NCBI RefSeq assembly: GCF_035117775.1
Contig: NZ_JAYKKN010000008.1
Span: forward strand, 37,749 to 69,748
Reading direction: 5' to 3'
DNA from: Cellvibrio chitinivorans
Lineage (GTDB): Bacteria; Pseudomonadota; Gammaproteobacteria; Pseudomonadales; Cellvibrionaceae
DNA length: 32,000 bases
A model generated the notes under the pieces. The model made no database searches. It was not told where the DNA came from and saw nothing but the letters and a program-made list of their open reading frames with translations. Positions 24,718-32,000 of this stretch are shown here, piece by piece. The stretch's first letter is position 1, and each line of letters begins with the position of its first letter. The position numbers and the translations under genes are program-made.

Positions 24718-24753
24718 CTGCACGCACATGAAGTGCATGCAGTTATTTTTGTT
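24716..24753. terminator. Bidirectional terminator between the convergent lpxL and CE2 genes
   Basis: The stem aactgcacgcac pairs with gtgcatgcagtt with one mismatch and a 5-nt loop. It is followed by ATTTTTGTT. Confidence 0.75.
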
Positions 24754-24754
24754 A

Positions 24755-25837
24755 TTACCAATTCATTTTCTGTTTGATAAACGCCGTCAATTTTTCTGCA
24801 TTAGCTTTATGCTGCGCAATACGCGGGTGGCCGCCATAACCGGTAAACTCAAAGAAAATGGTATCCAGTTTTTGGTCTCCATTTTCTTTGCGCATGCGTT
24901 CTACCGCAGCAGTGATATAGCCAGGCCATTTCGGATTCGCTGTTGCATCCATACTGCCTAATGCACAGATAATCTGTGCTTTTGGATATTTAGCGCGAAT
25001 ACTGCGCACAAAATCGATATAGGCTTGCACACGCACAGCATCATCGGGAATGGGTTGCAAACGCTTTTCGCGGTCGATCAACCAGCTATCGTTTTGGAAT
25101 AAATTGATTACAACAACATCGGGCGTCCACTGAGTAAAATCCCATTTGGAATCGTTGTCGCCTACCGCACTTAACTGATCATAAAATTGCGGCATGATAA
25201 ATGGGAACCAGCTAATCATAATGCCGATGCCGCTTTGCGAAATCGTATGTAACTCAGCATTTAGATTGCGCGCTGTTATTGCGCCATAGGCCCAGTAATT
25301 ATTTTTTTCACTGAGCAGATGATCCGCACCGTTATCCGCACCTTCATTGCCCATCCCGGTAGAAATTGAATCGCCATAAATCTCCATGCGGCGTTTTGGG
25401 CGCACAGGTGGTGCAAGCAATTTGGCATTTGCATCCAATACCAAGCCTTTAAATGCGGTAGCACCCTCTTCACCTTCAGTGCGCTTGTAAATTTCCAGAC
25501 TGTGATCACCAGCCTTAAGTGCTGTACTGATCACATAGGTCTGCTCGCCTTGTTTTGCTTCCAGTACATAAGGGTGCTGGGTTTCGCCATCAATAATGAT
25601 GTTAAAGAAATTTTTCCCTAACTGATCATCGAGTTTAACTGCAAGTGATGTGCCGGTGAAATTAGCCTTGATACTCGAGCCAGTCCAGGACAGCTGCGGG
25701 GATTTTTTATCGCTAAAATCGATACGACCAGTGTAGAGATAGGCAGGATTGTCTGCCGCAATAGTTTGTACAGGCTCTGCCAGAACCATGTTTGAAAAAC
25801 ATAAACTGCCGATAAGTAGTGAGTGAATAATTTTCAT
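24755..25837 (-). CDS. SGNH/GDSL esterase with an N-terminal beta-sandwich, carbohydrate esterase family 2-like (acetyl-xylan/glucomannan esterase)
   Basis: There is a signal peptide, then an N-terminal module of about 140 aa. An SGNH block I, MEIYGDSISTGMGNEG, follows, and a C-terminal His region, GYGGHPRIAQH. This two-domain layout is typical of CE2. Confidence 0.75.
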   Translation of the reverse strand: MKIIHSLLIGSLCFSNMVLAEPVQTIAADNPAYLYTGRIDFSDKKSPQLSWTGSSIKANFTGTSLAVKLDDQLGKNFFNIIIDGETQHPYVLEAKQGEQTYVISTALKAGDHSLEIYKRTEGEEGATAFKGLVLDANAKLLAPPVRPKRRMEIYGDSISTGMGNEGADNGADHLLSEKNNYWAYGAITARNLNAELHTISQSGIGIMISWFPFIMPQFYDQLSAVGDNDSKWDFTQWTPDVVVINLFQNDSWLIDREKRLQPIPDDAVRVQAYIDFVRSIRAKYPKAQIICALGSMDATANPKWPGYITAAVERMRKENGDQKLDTIFFEFTGYGGHPRIAQHKANAEKLTAFIKQKMNW

Positions 25838-25870
25838 TGTTGTTCTCTTATAAAATAAATATGGCCGATA

Positions 25871-27412
25871 TTAACGACGGCCACCCAATAACGAACCAAG
25901 AATGCCGCGCACAATTTGCCGCCCCAGATTACTGCCAATCGCACGCGCCGCGCTCTTGGCGAATGCATCAACCGCAGAATCCCGTTTGGCACTAGATCGG
26001 GACGCTTGTTGTTGCGCACGCGCTTGTTCTTTCTGTTGTTGCTCTTGCACTTTTTGCTGTTGTTTAAAAATACGCTCCTGCTCTATACGCAATAGTTCCT
26101 GTACTTTTTGCTGTTCTTCATTCTGTGCTTGCTGTGCAACTCGCGCTTTTAAAATCTCATAGGCGGATTCACGATCAATCGCTTGGTTATAAACGGTGTT
26201 GTAAGGCGAGCGAGACATTACCTCGATTCGCTCCTCATCGGTCAACGGGCCAATACGCGATGCAGGCGGAGCAACCATCACACGCTCTACCGGTGTGGGA
26301 GAGCCTTTTTCATCAAGCACTGACACTAATGCTTCGCCAATTCCCAGCTCAGTAATTGCAGCCTCGGTTGAAAACGCAGGATTGGGCCGAAAGGTCTGAG
26401 CCGCAATTTTTACTGCCTGTTGATCCTTAGGTGTGAACGCACGCAACGCATGTTGTACACGATTGCCTAGCTGCCCAAGAACAGAATCGGGAATATCGGC
26501 AGGGCTTTGGGATACAAAATAAATACCGACACCTTTAGAGCGAATCAAGCGTACAACCTGCTCAATTTTATCGATCAATAATTTGGGCGCATCGTTAAAT
26601 AACAGATGCGCTTCATCAAAAAAGAAAACCATTTTTGGCTTGTCCGCATCGCCCTGTTCAGGCAGGTTTTCAAACAGTTCCGATATCAACCAGAGCAAAA
26701 AAATGCCATAGAGTTTGGGCTGATTCACTAGCGTAGTAGCATCAAGAATATTAATAACACCCGTACCTTCAAGGGTTGATTGCATCAGGTGATTCAAATC
26801 CAGTGCTGGCTCCCCAAAAAACTCATCCGCACCTTCTTGTTCCAACATCATCAACCGACGCTGAATTGCTGCGATACTCGCCTCACTAATACCGCCGTAT
26901 TCATCAGCCAATGTTTTACGCTCGTCTTTCATCCAATTGAGCATGGCTTGCAGATCTTTTAAATCCAGAATTAACATGCCTTGGTCATCGGCAATTTTAA
27001 AAGCAGCATAGAGCACGCCGGTTTGGGTTTCATTCAGATCAAAAAAATTGGCGAGCAGCAAAGGGCCAAAATCCGAAATTGTTGCGCGAACAGGATGGCC
27101 TTTTTTTGCGTACAGATCCCAAAATACACAAGGAAACAGGCGCTGCTGATAATCGGCAATTTTCATCAGCTGTACACGCTCATCGATTTTGGCATGAGGC
27201 TTACCCGCTTTAGCCAAACCAGATAAATCGCCTTTTATATCGGCCATAAATACCGGCACACCCGCTTTGGCAAAACCTTCGGCCAGTACTTGCAAGCTCA
27301 CCGTTTTGCCCGTACCGGTTGCACCGGCGATCAATCCATGACGATTCGCCATGCGCAAATTCAAATGCACCGACTGGGTGCCGTTACTGCCGATAAGAAA
27401 TTGGTTGGTCAT
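25871..27412 (-). CDS. DUF853 / HerA-like P-loop NTPase (YjgR family)
   Basis: Walker A is GATGTGKT and Walker B is MVFFFDEAHLLF. A Gln-rich coiled C-terminus ends in RGILGSLLGGRR, as in E. coli YjgR-type proteins. Confidence 0.85.
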   Translation of the reverse strand: MTNQFLIGSNGTQSVHLNLRMANRHGLIAGATGTGKTVSLQVLAEGFAKAGVPVFMADIKGDLSGLAKAGKPHAKIDERVQLMKIADYQQRLFPCVFWDLYAKKGHPVRATISDFGPLLLANFFDLNETQTGVLYAAFKIADDQGMLILDLKDLQAMLNWMKDERKTLADEYGGISEASIAAIQRRLMMLEQEGADEFFGEPALDLNHLMQSTLEGTGVINILDATTLVNQPKLYGIFLLWLISELFENLPEQGDADKPKMVFFFDEAHLLFNDAPKLLIDKIEQVVRLIRSKGVGIYFVSQSPADIPDSVLGQLGNRVQHALRAFTPKDQQAVKIAAQTFRPNPAFSTEAAITELGIGEALVSVLDEKGSPTPVERVMVAPPASRIGPLTDEERIEVMSRSPYNTVYNQAIDRESAYEILKARVAQQAQNEEQQKVQELLRIEQERIFKQQQKVQEQQQKEQARAQQQASRSSAKRDSAVDAFAKSAARAIGSNLGRQIVRGILGSLLGGRR

Positions 27413-27435
27413 AAAAACTCCTGAAAGATTTTTTG

Positions 27436-28056
27436 TTATTGTTGTTGGAATTCAGCGAAGACTTCCAACTCAACCTGATCGCCAATAGCAGGCACCAGAT
27501 AATCAACACCAAAAGCTGAACGACTAATCACGCTAGTCGCTGAAAAACCTAAAGTATAGAAGCCGGTGAGCATATTGTTAGCTGCACCATTGAAGACTAC
27601 TTTTAAATCAATTGGCGCAGTAACGCCATGCAGCGTTAACTCACCCGTAAATACTGCAGAATCTTTATCGATTTGATTAACGCTAATCGTTTTGAAAAAC
27701 GCTTGTGGATACTTTTCTGAATCCAACCAACTACTGCCGCGCAATGTTTCTTCCAAATCGGCGTTGTTAGCGTCAATACTTGCAACATCGACTACAGCAG
27801 ATAATTTTGCTGCCGCGATATTTTCCGGATCAAACTCCAATCTTGCATCGACTTTATTAAAACGACCGACAAAGGTCGACAACCCCATATGGTTAATCTT
27901 AAACAAAACACTAACGTGAGATTGATCCAGCTTATACGACCCTTTTTCCAACTCCACTATGCCAGTCTTCACCTTCGGCTTAATTAAACTGCCACAACTC
28001 ATCAATAACAGGCAGGCAAAAAATACGGCGGTAACTTTAGCAATAGACTTTTGCAT
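27436..28056 (-). CDS. YceI-family periplasmic lipoprotein (polyisoprenoid-binding)
   Basis: The lipobox is LLMSCGS. YceI-like strings are YKLDQSHVSVLFKINHMGLSTFVGRFNK and GELTLHGVTAPIDL. Confidence 0.85.
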   Translation of the reverse strand: MQKSIAKVTAVFFACLLLMSCGSLIKPKVKTGIVELEKGSYKLDQSHVSVLFKINHMGLSTFVGRFNKVDARLEFDPENIAAAKLSAVVDVASIDANNADLEETLRGSSWLDSEKYPQAFFKTISVNQIDKDSAVFTGELTLHGVTAPIDLKVVFNGAANNMLTGFYTLGFSATSVISRSAFGVDYLVPAIGDQVELEVFAEFQQQ

Positions 28057-28097
28057 GCAGGTTCACTCCTTTATCCCTCTCTAGATTAAAGGGTAGG

Positions 28098-28736
28098 TTA
28101 TTTCACTTTATGCTTCGCATAAAATTGACGTAATTGATGCTTTGGGGTTTTTGTGAGTGTATGCATAAATCCAAATGACAAATCATCCAGTTGATGTTGC
28201 TCGCGCAACTCGTCAAGCAAGCTTAACCACAAATATGCGGTGACTTCAGCATCCGCCAATGCACGGTGATAAATTCCATCACTAGGTAAATTTTTATATT
28301 GCGCCAAAGTTGCAAGCTGATGATTGGGAGCCGCTTGGAAAATTCGACGCGCAGCAAGCAGGCTACAGGCGATACCAGTTGAAAAATGCTTTTTAATGCG
28401 GCGAAATTCTGCACGCAAAAATCGTTCATCGAAACTAGCGTTGTGCGCAACCAAATTACGCCCTGCGATAAAATCGTAAAAGTCATTCATTACTTCAGCA
28501 TTCGCGCGCGACTCTTTTACCATCGCATTGGTTATACCGGTAAGATTTTCAATAAATAGCGGAATGCGAATACCGGGGTTCATCAACTGCTGAAAGCGAT
28601 CAGTAATCTTTCCATTTTCGATTAGCACTGCACCAATCTCTATCGACCTATCACCCATATCAGGTGAAAGCCCGGTGGTTTCAAAATCGAATACAACCAA
28701 TTGATCTGCCGGTAACAGATGAAAATCAGAACTCAT
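28098..28736 (-). CDS. DEDDh 3'-5' exonuclease (DnaQ/epsilon-like domain)
   Basis: The three exonuclease motifs are present: Exo I VVFDFETTG, Exo II LVAHNASFDERFL and Exo III YHRALADAE. The track start at 28751 is a TTG; I prefer the ATG at 28736. Confidence 0.85.
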   Translation of the reverse strand: MSSDFHLLPADQLVVFDFETTGLSPDMGDRSIEIGAVLIENGKITDRFQQLMNPGIRIPLFIENLTGITNAMVKESRANAEVMNDFYDFIAGRNLVAHNASFDERFLRAEFRRIKKHFSTGIACSLLAARRIFQAAPNHQLATLAQYKNLPSDGIYHRALADAEVTAYLWLSLLDELREQHQLDDLSFGFMHTLTKTPKHQLRQFYAKHKVK

Positions 28737-28770
28737 AATACACAAGACCAAAATCGCGAATCATAAAATG

Positions 28771-28814
28771 AAAAACAAAAAAGGGATGCACTGCAAAGAG
28801 CGCATCCCTTTTTT
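28771..28814 (-). terminator. Terminator after minCDE
   Basis: The stem gggatgc (28783-28789) pairs with gcatccc (28802-28808). On the minus strand it is followed by a long T-rich run (complement of 28771-28782). Confidence 0.7.
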
Positions 28815-28843
28815 GAGCTGCAAAAAATCAGCAGCGACATCCA

Positions 28844-29101
28844 TTAATCTGGAAGCGTAATATTCAACTCCAACACCGAGCAGTTGTCGGAGTTATCGAG
28901 ATTTACCGTCACTTGATCAGATTCAATATGAATATATTTGCGAATGACAGCAATAATTTCCTGTTGCATTTGCGGCAGAAAATCCGGCTGATTCAAATTG
29001 CGTTTGGTACGCTCGTGCGCAACGATAATTTGCAAACGCTCCTTGGCAACCGATGCCGACGAGGGCGCGCGCTTCTTGCGCAGGTAGTCAAAAATACTCA
29101 C
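28844..29101 (-). CDS. minE: Cell division topological specificity factor MinE
   Basis: The 85-aa protein carries [15 protein letters not shown] ... [11 protein letters not shown], colinear with E. coli MinE. Confidence 0.95.
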   Translation of the reverse strand: MSIFDYLRKKRAPSSASVAKERLQIIVAHERTKRNLNQPDFLPQMQQEIIAVIRKYIHIESDQVTVNLDNSDNCSVLELNITLPD

Positions 29102-29104
29102 GGC

Positions 29105-29914
29105 TTACACCCCCAGCAAACGCTTAAGGAAACTTTTCTTTTCCGCTTCAAGGAAACGGTGTGGAATTTCTTTGCCGAGCAAACGATCAACGGCATCGTT
29201 ATAGGCTTGGCCAGCTTGCGTTGCCTCATCCAGAATAACCGGAGTACCCTGGTTAGACGCTTTTAATACTGCTTCTGATTCAGGAATGACACCCAATAAT
29301 GGAATGGCCAGAATTTCTTCTACGTCATTTACGCTAAGCATTTCACCCGATTCAACACGCACAGGGTTGTAGCGAGTCAATAACAAATGCTCTTTGATTG
29401 GCTCCAGATTTTGTTCTGCACGGCGTGATTTGCTTTGCAAGATACCCAAAATACGATCCGAGTCGCGCACCGAAGAAACTTCCGGGTTGGTAACGACTAC
29501 AGCGATATCGGCAAAATACAATGCCATCAATGCGCCCTGCTCAATACCTGCAGGAGAGTCGCAAACAATGAATTCGAAATCTTTTGACAGCTCATTGATA
29601 ACCGCTTCAACACCTTCGCGGGTTAAGGCATCTTTATCGCGCGTTTGCGATGCGGGCAACACGTACAACCCCTCAGTGCGTTTGTCTTTAATCAACGCCT
29701 GATTCAAGGTGGACTCACCTTTCACCACGTTTACAAAATCGTAAACCACGCGGCGCTCACAGCCCATAATCAAATCGAGATTACGCAGACCTACGTCAAA
29801 ATCGATTACCACTGTTTTATGGCCGCGCATCGCCAAACCAGTACTGATTGCTGCGCTGGAAGTGGTTTTACCCACTCCGCCCTTACCTGATGTCACTACG
29901 ATAATCTTAGCCAA
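29105..29914 (-). CDS. minD: Septum site-determining ATPase MinD
   Basis: It has the deviant Walker A GKGGVGKTT and a C-terminal amphipathic helix (KKSFLKRLLG). It sits between minC and minE. Confidence 0.97.
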   Translation of the reverse strand: MAKIIVVTSGKGGVGKTTSSAAISTGLAMRGHKTVVIDFDVGLRNLDLIMGCERRVVYDFVNVVKGESTLNQALIKDKRTEGLYVLPASQTRDKDALTREGVEAVINELSKDFEFIVCDSPAGIEQGALMALYFADIAVVVTNPEVSSVRDSDRILGILQSKSRRAEQNLEPIKEHLLLTRYNPVRVESGEMLSVNDVEEILAIPLLGVIPESEAVLKASNQGTPVILDEATQAGQAYNDAVDRLLGKEIPHRFLEAEKKSFLKRLLGV

Positions 29915-29995
29915 GGTAGGCTCCTGTAAATATTCAATGTCTAAAAATCAATGAGTAAAAAATTCAAACTTTATTGCGATGAATTTTTCACAGTG

Positions 29996-30799
29996 TTAAT
30001 TGCTAACCAATGCTTCAACGATAACTTTTTCACCGCTAAGAGATACTTGCACCGGCTTTTTAAATAATTCTTTGGAGAGCGAGTCCTGCAAAACAAAATT
30101 GCCTGCAATTGAGACCAGCTCTGCTTCCATTTGTTGGCAAAAAATACGCGCACTTTCGTCACCTTTTACACCGGCCAAGGCTCTACCGCGCAGGGTGCCA
30201 TAAATATGCACATGACCATCAGCGAGTACTTCTGCTCCCTCGCTCACTTGCGCCAGTACAATTAAATCTGCACCTTCGGCGTAAATCTGCTGACCGGAAC
30301 GCACCGGGCGAGTGATCACTTTGCTCTGCCGCTGAACCAGTCGCTCTTCGATTACGGTTTCGACCACCGTCTCGACTACCCGTTCGATAACCGTCTCCAC
30401 CTCTTTGGGTGCAGCCTCTTGCTTGGGGATTTTAAGTGCGCGTTCACTGGGCTTGGGCAGTACCGCCAAACCGGTCTTATTAACCGCCGCTAACAATACC
30501 TCAGGTACGCCGCTAAAACCTAGTGGTTGTAAATCCAGTTCGCGGCAAATAGCCAACAGATCGGCAGGTTTTTTCAGAGATTCAGGATTTTCCAGACGAT
30601 CCAGATTGATCAAAACTGGTGAGTTATTGAAGAATTGCGGAGCCTGAATAATCTTCTCTTTCAGTTCAGCTAACAAACTCGTCGGTTCGTAGCGCACAAT
30701 CGCCAGTACCACCACGGTTACGGCACTGCCTTTTAGCTGGAAATTTACATCGATCATGCGCGGCTCTCTGCTTGCTTGGATCATTACAAAGTGCGCCAT
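29996..30799 (-). CDS. minC: Septum formation inhibitor MinC
   Basis: The N-terminus FQLKGSAVTVVVL...IIQAPQFFNNSPVLINL and a C-terminal beta-helix region (VRSGQQIYAEGADLIVLAQVSEGAEVLADGHVHIYG) fit MinC. The alternative ATG at 30757 (MIDVNFQLKG) is equally plausible. Confidence 0.9.
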   Translation of the reverse strand: MAHFVMIQASREPRMIDVNFQLKGSAVTVVVLAIVRYEPTSLLAELKEKIIQAPQFFNNSPVLINLDRLENPESLKKPADLLAICRELDLQPLGFSGVPEVLLAAVNKTGLAVLPKPSERALKIPKQEAAPKEVETVIERVVETVVETVIEERLVQRQSKVITRPVRSGQQIYAEGADLIVLAQVSEGAEVLADGHVHIYGTLRGRALAGVKGDESARIFCQQMEAELVSIAGNFVLQDSLSKELFKKPVQVSLSGEKVIVEALVSN

Positions 30800-30964
30800 T
30801 ATCGGGGCGCTGCCTTATTAGTCAAGCGAGACGCAGTGCGCAGTTCAGCTCGGGTTAAGCGCTGGGCTCCTATAAAGGAATCATCAGTATCAAACCGCCC
30901 TCATCTCTTCATGGAGTCAAGGGCAACCATCGGGTAAACCACGGCCACCCAAGCGAGAACTATC

Positions 30965-32000
30965 ATGACCAGCCAGCTTCTGCATCACTCCGGCAAGTTC
31001 GCGTTAATGATCAGCTTATTAGTGCCACTAACCTTGGCGGCAACAGCCCCTATCGCCGTTGCCCAGACCAGCTATAGCACCTCGGCTACCCAAGCCAGTT
31101 TTACTGAGGCTCAGCTGGACTCACTGCTTGCGCCCATCGCGCTCTACCCGGATACAGTCTTATCCCACGTACTAATTGCCTCTACTTATCCACTGGAAGT
31201 GGTCGAAGCTGACCGCTGGGCGCGCAATAACAGTCGCCTGAAAGGTGATGATGCGGTTAATGCGGCAGACAATCAGGATTGGGATCCCAGCGTCAAAGCA
31301 TTGGTGGCCTTTCCCGACATTCTGCAGCGCATGAGTGATGATCTGGATTGGACCCAGCAACTGGGCGATGCGTTTCTCGCCAGCGAAGAGCGGGTGATGG
31401 ATAGTGTGCAAAAGCTGCGCAACCGCGCCTATGACTCAGGCAATCTCGATAATGTCGAGCATGTGCGGGTCGTGCGCGAAGAAAAAACCATTGTGATTGA
31501 GCCGTCCGTCGAGCGCGTTGTCTACGTACCTGCCTACGATACCCGCGTGGTCTACGGCAATTGGTGGTGGGCTGACTATCCTCCCGTTTACTGGGCTTAC
31601 CCAAGCAGCTATGTCTTTATCTCCGGTTTTTACTGGGGGCCACGTGTGTATATCGGCCCGCGCTTTTACTTCAGCGGATGCCACTGGGCGCAACGCCGCG
31701 TGGTGGTAGTTGATCGCTACCATAATCACGGCCATCGTTTTTATGACAGCCGCAGCGTAGTACGCCATAACGATGCCAAACACTGGCACCATAACCCTGT
31801 GCACAGACGCGGTGTGGCCTATTACGACAATCGCACCCGCGAGCGCTTCAACAGCCCGCGCGAAAGTTATCGAGACGCCCATCAATATCGCGCCAGCCTG
31901 CGGGACAACAATGCTCGCCCTGATCAGTACGCGGGTAATAGACCGAACACTAGCCGCATCGCCCCCAACAATGCCCGCGATCAACGCCAAGGGCGCGATG
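30965..32000 (+). CDS. DUF3300 family secreted protein, 3'-truncated by the window edge (absent from the ORF track)
   Basis: The ATG at 30965 opens a frame with no stop through nt 32000, by hand translation. There is a signal peptide (...TAPIAVAQT). The DUF3300 signature LDSLLAPIALYPDTVLSHVLIASTYPLEVVEADRW is present, followed by an aromatic and His/Arg-rich region. Confidence 0.8.
   Translation, partial: MTSQLLHHSGKFALMISLLVPLTLAATAPIAVAQTSYSTSATQASFTEAQLDSLLAPIALYPDTVLSHVLIASTYPLEVVEADRWARNNSRLKGDDAVNAADNQDWDPSVKALVAFPDILQRMSDDLDWTQQLGDAFLASEERVMDSVQKLRNRAYDSGNLDNVEHVRVVREEKTIVIEPSVERVVYVPAYDTRVVYGNWWWADYPPVYWAYPSSYVFISGFYWGPRVYIGPRFYFSGCHWAQRRVVVVDRYHNHGHRFYDSRSVVRHNDAKHWHHNPVHRRGVAYYDNRTRERFNSPRESYRDAHQYRASLRDNNARPDQYAGNRPNTSRIAPNNARDQRQGRD

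Noticed and set aside
25871-28736. HerA-like NTPase plus a nearby DEDDh nuclease considered as a possible HerA-type defence system
   Set aside because: The NTPase has the YjgR/DUF853 hallmarks, including the C-terminal RGILGSLLGGRR tail, and those proteins are widespread stand-alone housekeeping-type genes. A YceI lipoprotein gene separates it from the nuclease. The composition matches the surrounding core genes (min, lpxL). No Sir2, DUF4297 or other effector partner is present.
29105-29914. A ParA/Soj-type partition ATPase, which would suggest a plasmid or island
   Set aside because: It is flanked by minC and minE and carries the MinD C-terminal membrane-targeting helix, so it is chromosomal MinD.
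31293-31990. Minus-strand ORFs of 184 aa, 103 aa and 79 aa at the 3' end of the window
   Set aside because: They lie antisense to an uninterrupted plus-strand frame with a clear signal peptide and the DUF3300 signature. Their translations are low-complexity and Ala/Arg/His-rich. They only look prominent because the true gene lacks a stop in the window and is missing from the track.

Overview
This window looks like chromosomal DNA from a polysaccharide-degrading gammaproteobacterium. It resembles Cellvibrio or another Cellvibrionales member, judged from a polyserine-linked CBM20 amylase, GH67, GH10 and CE2 genes, and roughly 45-50% G+C; this taxonomic call is inference only. I support about 30 protein genes.

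Gene order:
- argD (5'-truncated) and argF
- a small secreted protein
- a modular GH13 alpha-amylase
- a DxDxDG-type calcium-binding protein
- a DUF4124/SLT lytic transglycosylase
- polB followed by a SUKH/SMI1-like gene
- an MFS transporter and a DUF2200 gene
- a REP-doublet followed by a low-GC islet with a lone AbiGi-like gene
- an 8-oxoguanine-deaminase-like amidohydrolase, divergent from an NMT1/THI5-type ABC importer plus a 2OG-Fe(II) oxygenase
- GH67 alpha-glucuronidase, an orphan periplasmic-binding-protein-like gene and a Tat-signal GH10 xylanase
- lpxL, a CE2 esterase, a DUF853/HerA-like NTPase, yceI and a DEDDh exonuclease
- minCDE
- a DUF3300 gene that runs off the 3' edge and is absent from the ORF track

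The strongest non-coding signal is a bipartite RNA motif present three times in one locus. It reads 5'-GAGTAGAAGC, then a variable hairpin, then CATTGCTC-3', with compensatory changes in the hairpin. One copy precedes each of the amidohydrolase gene, the ABC substrate-binding gene and the oxygenase gene. I interpret these as candidate NMT1-motif (xanthine/urate) riboswitches controlling an uncharacterised oxidised-purine uptake and catabolism module.

The second candidate is the 33% G+C, REP-flanked, partner-less AbiGi-like gene, a possible single-gene phage-defence islet.

No rRNA, tRNA, CRISPR array or transposase was seen. The ORF track renders GTG and TTG starts as M, so several starts were re-evaluated. 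All family calls come from motifs read by eye; no searches were run.
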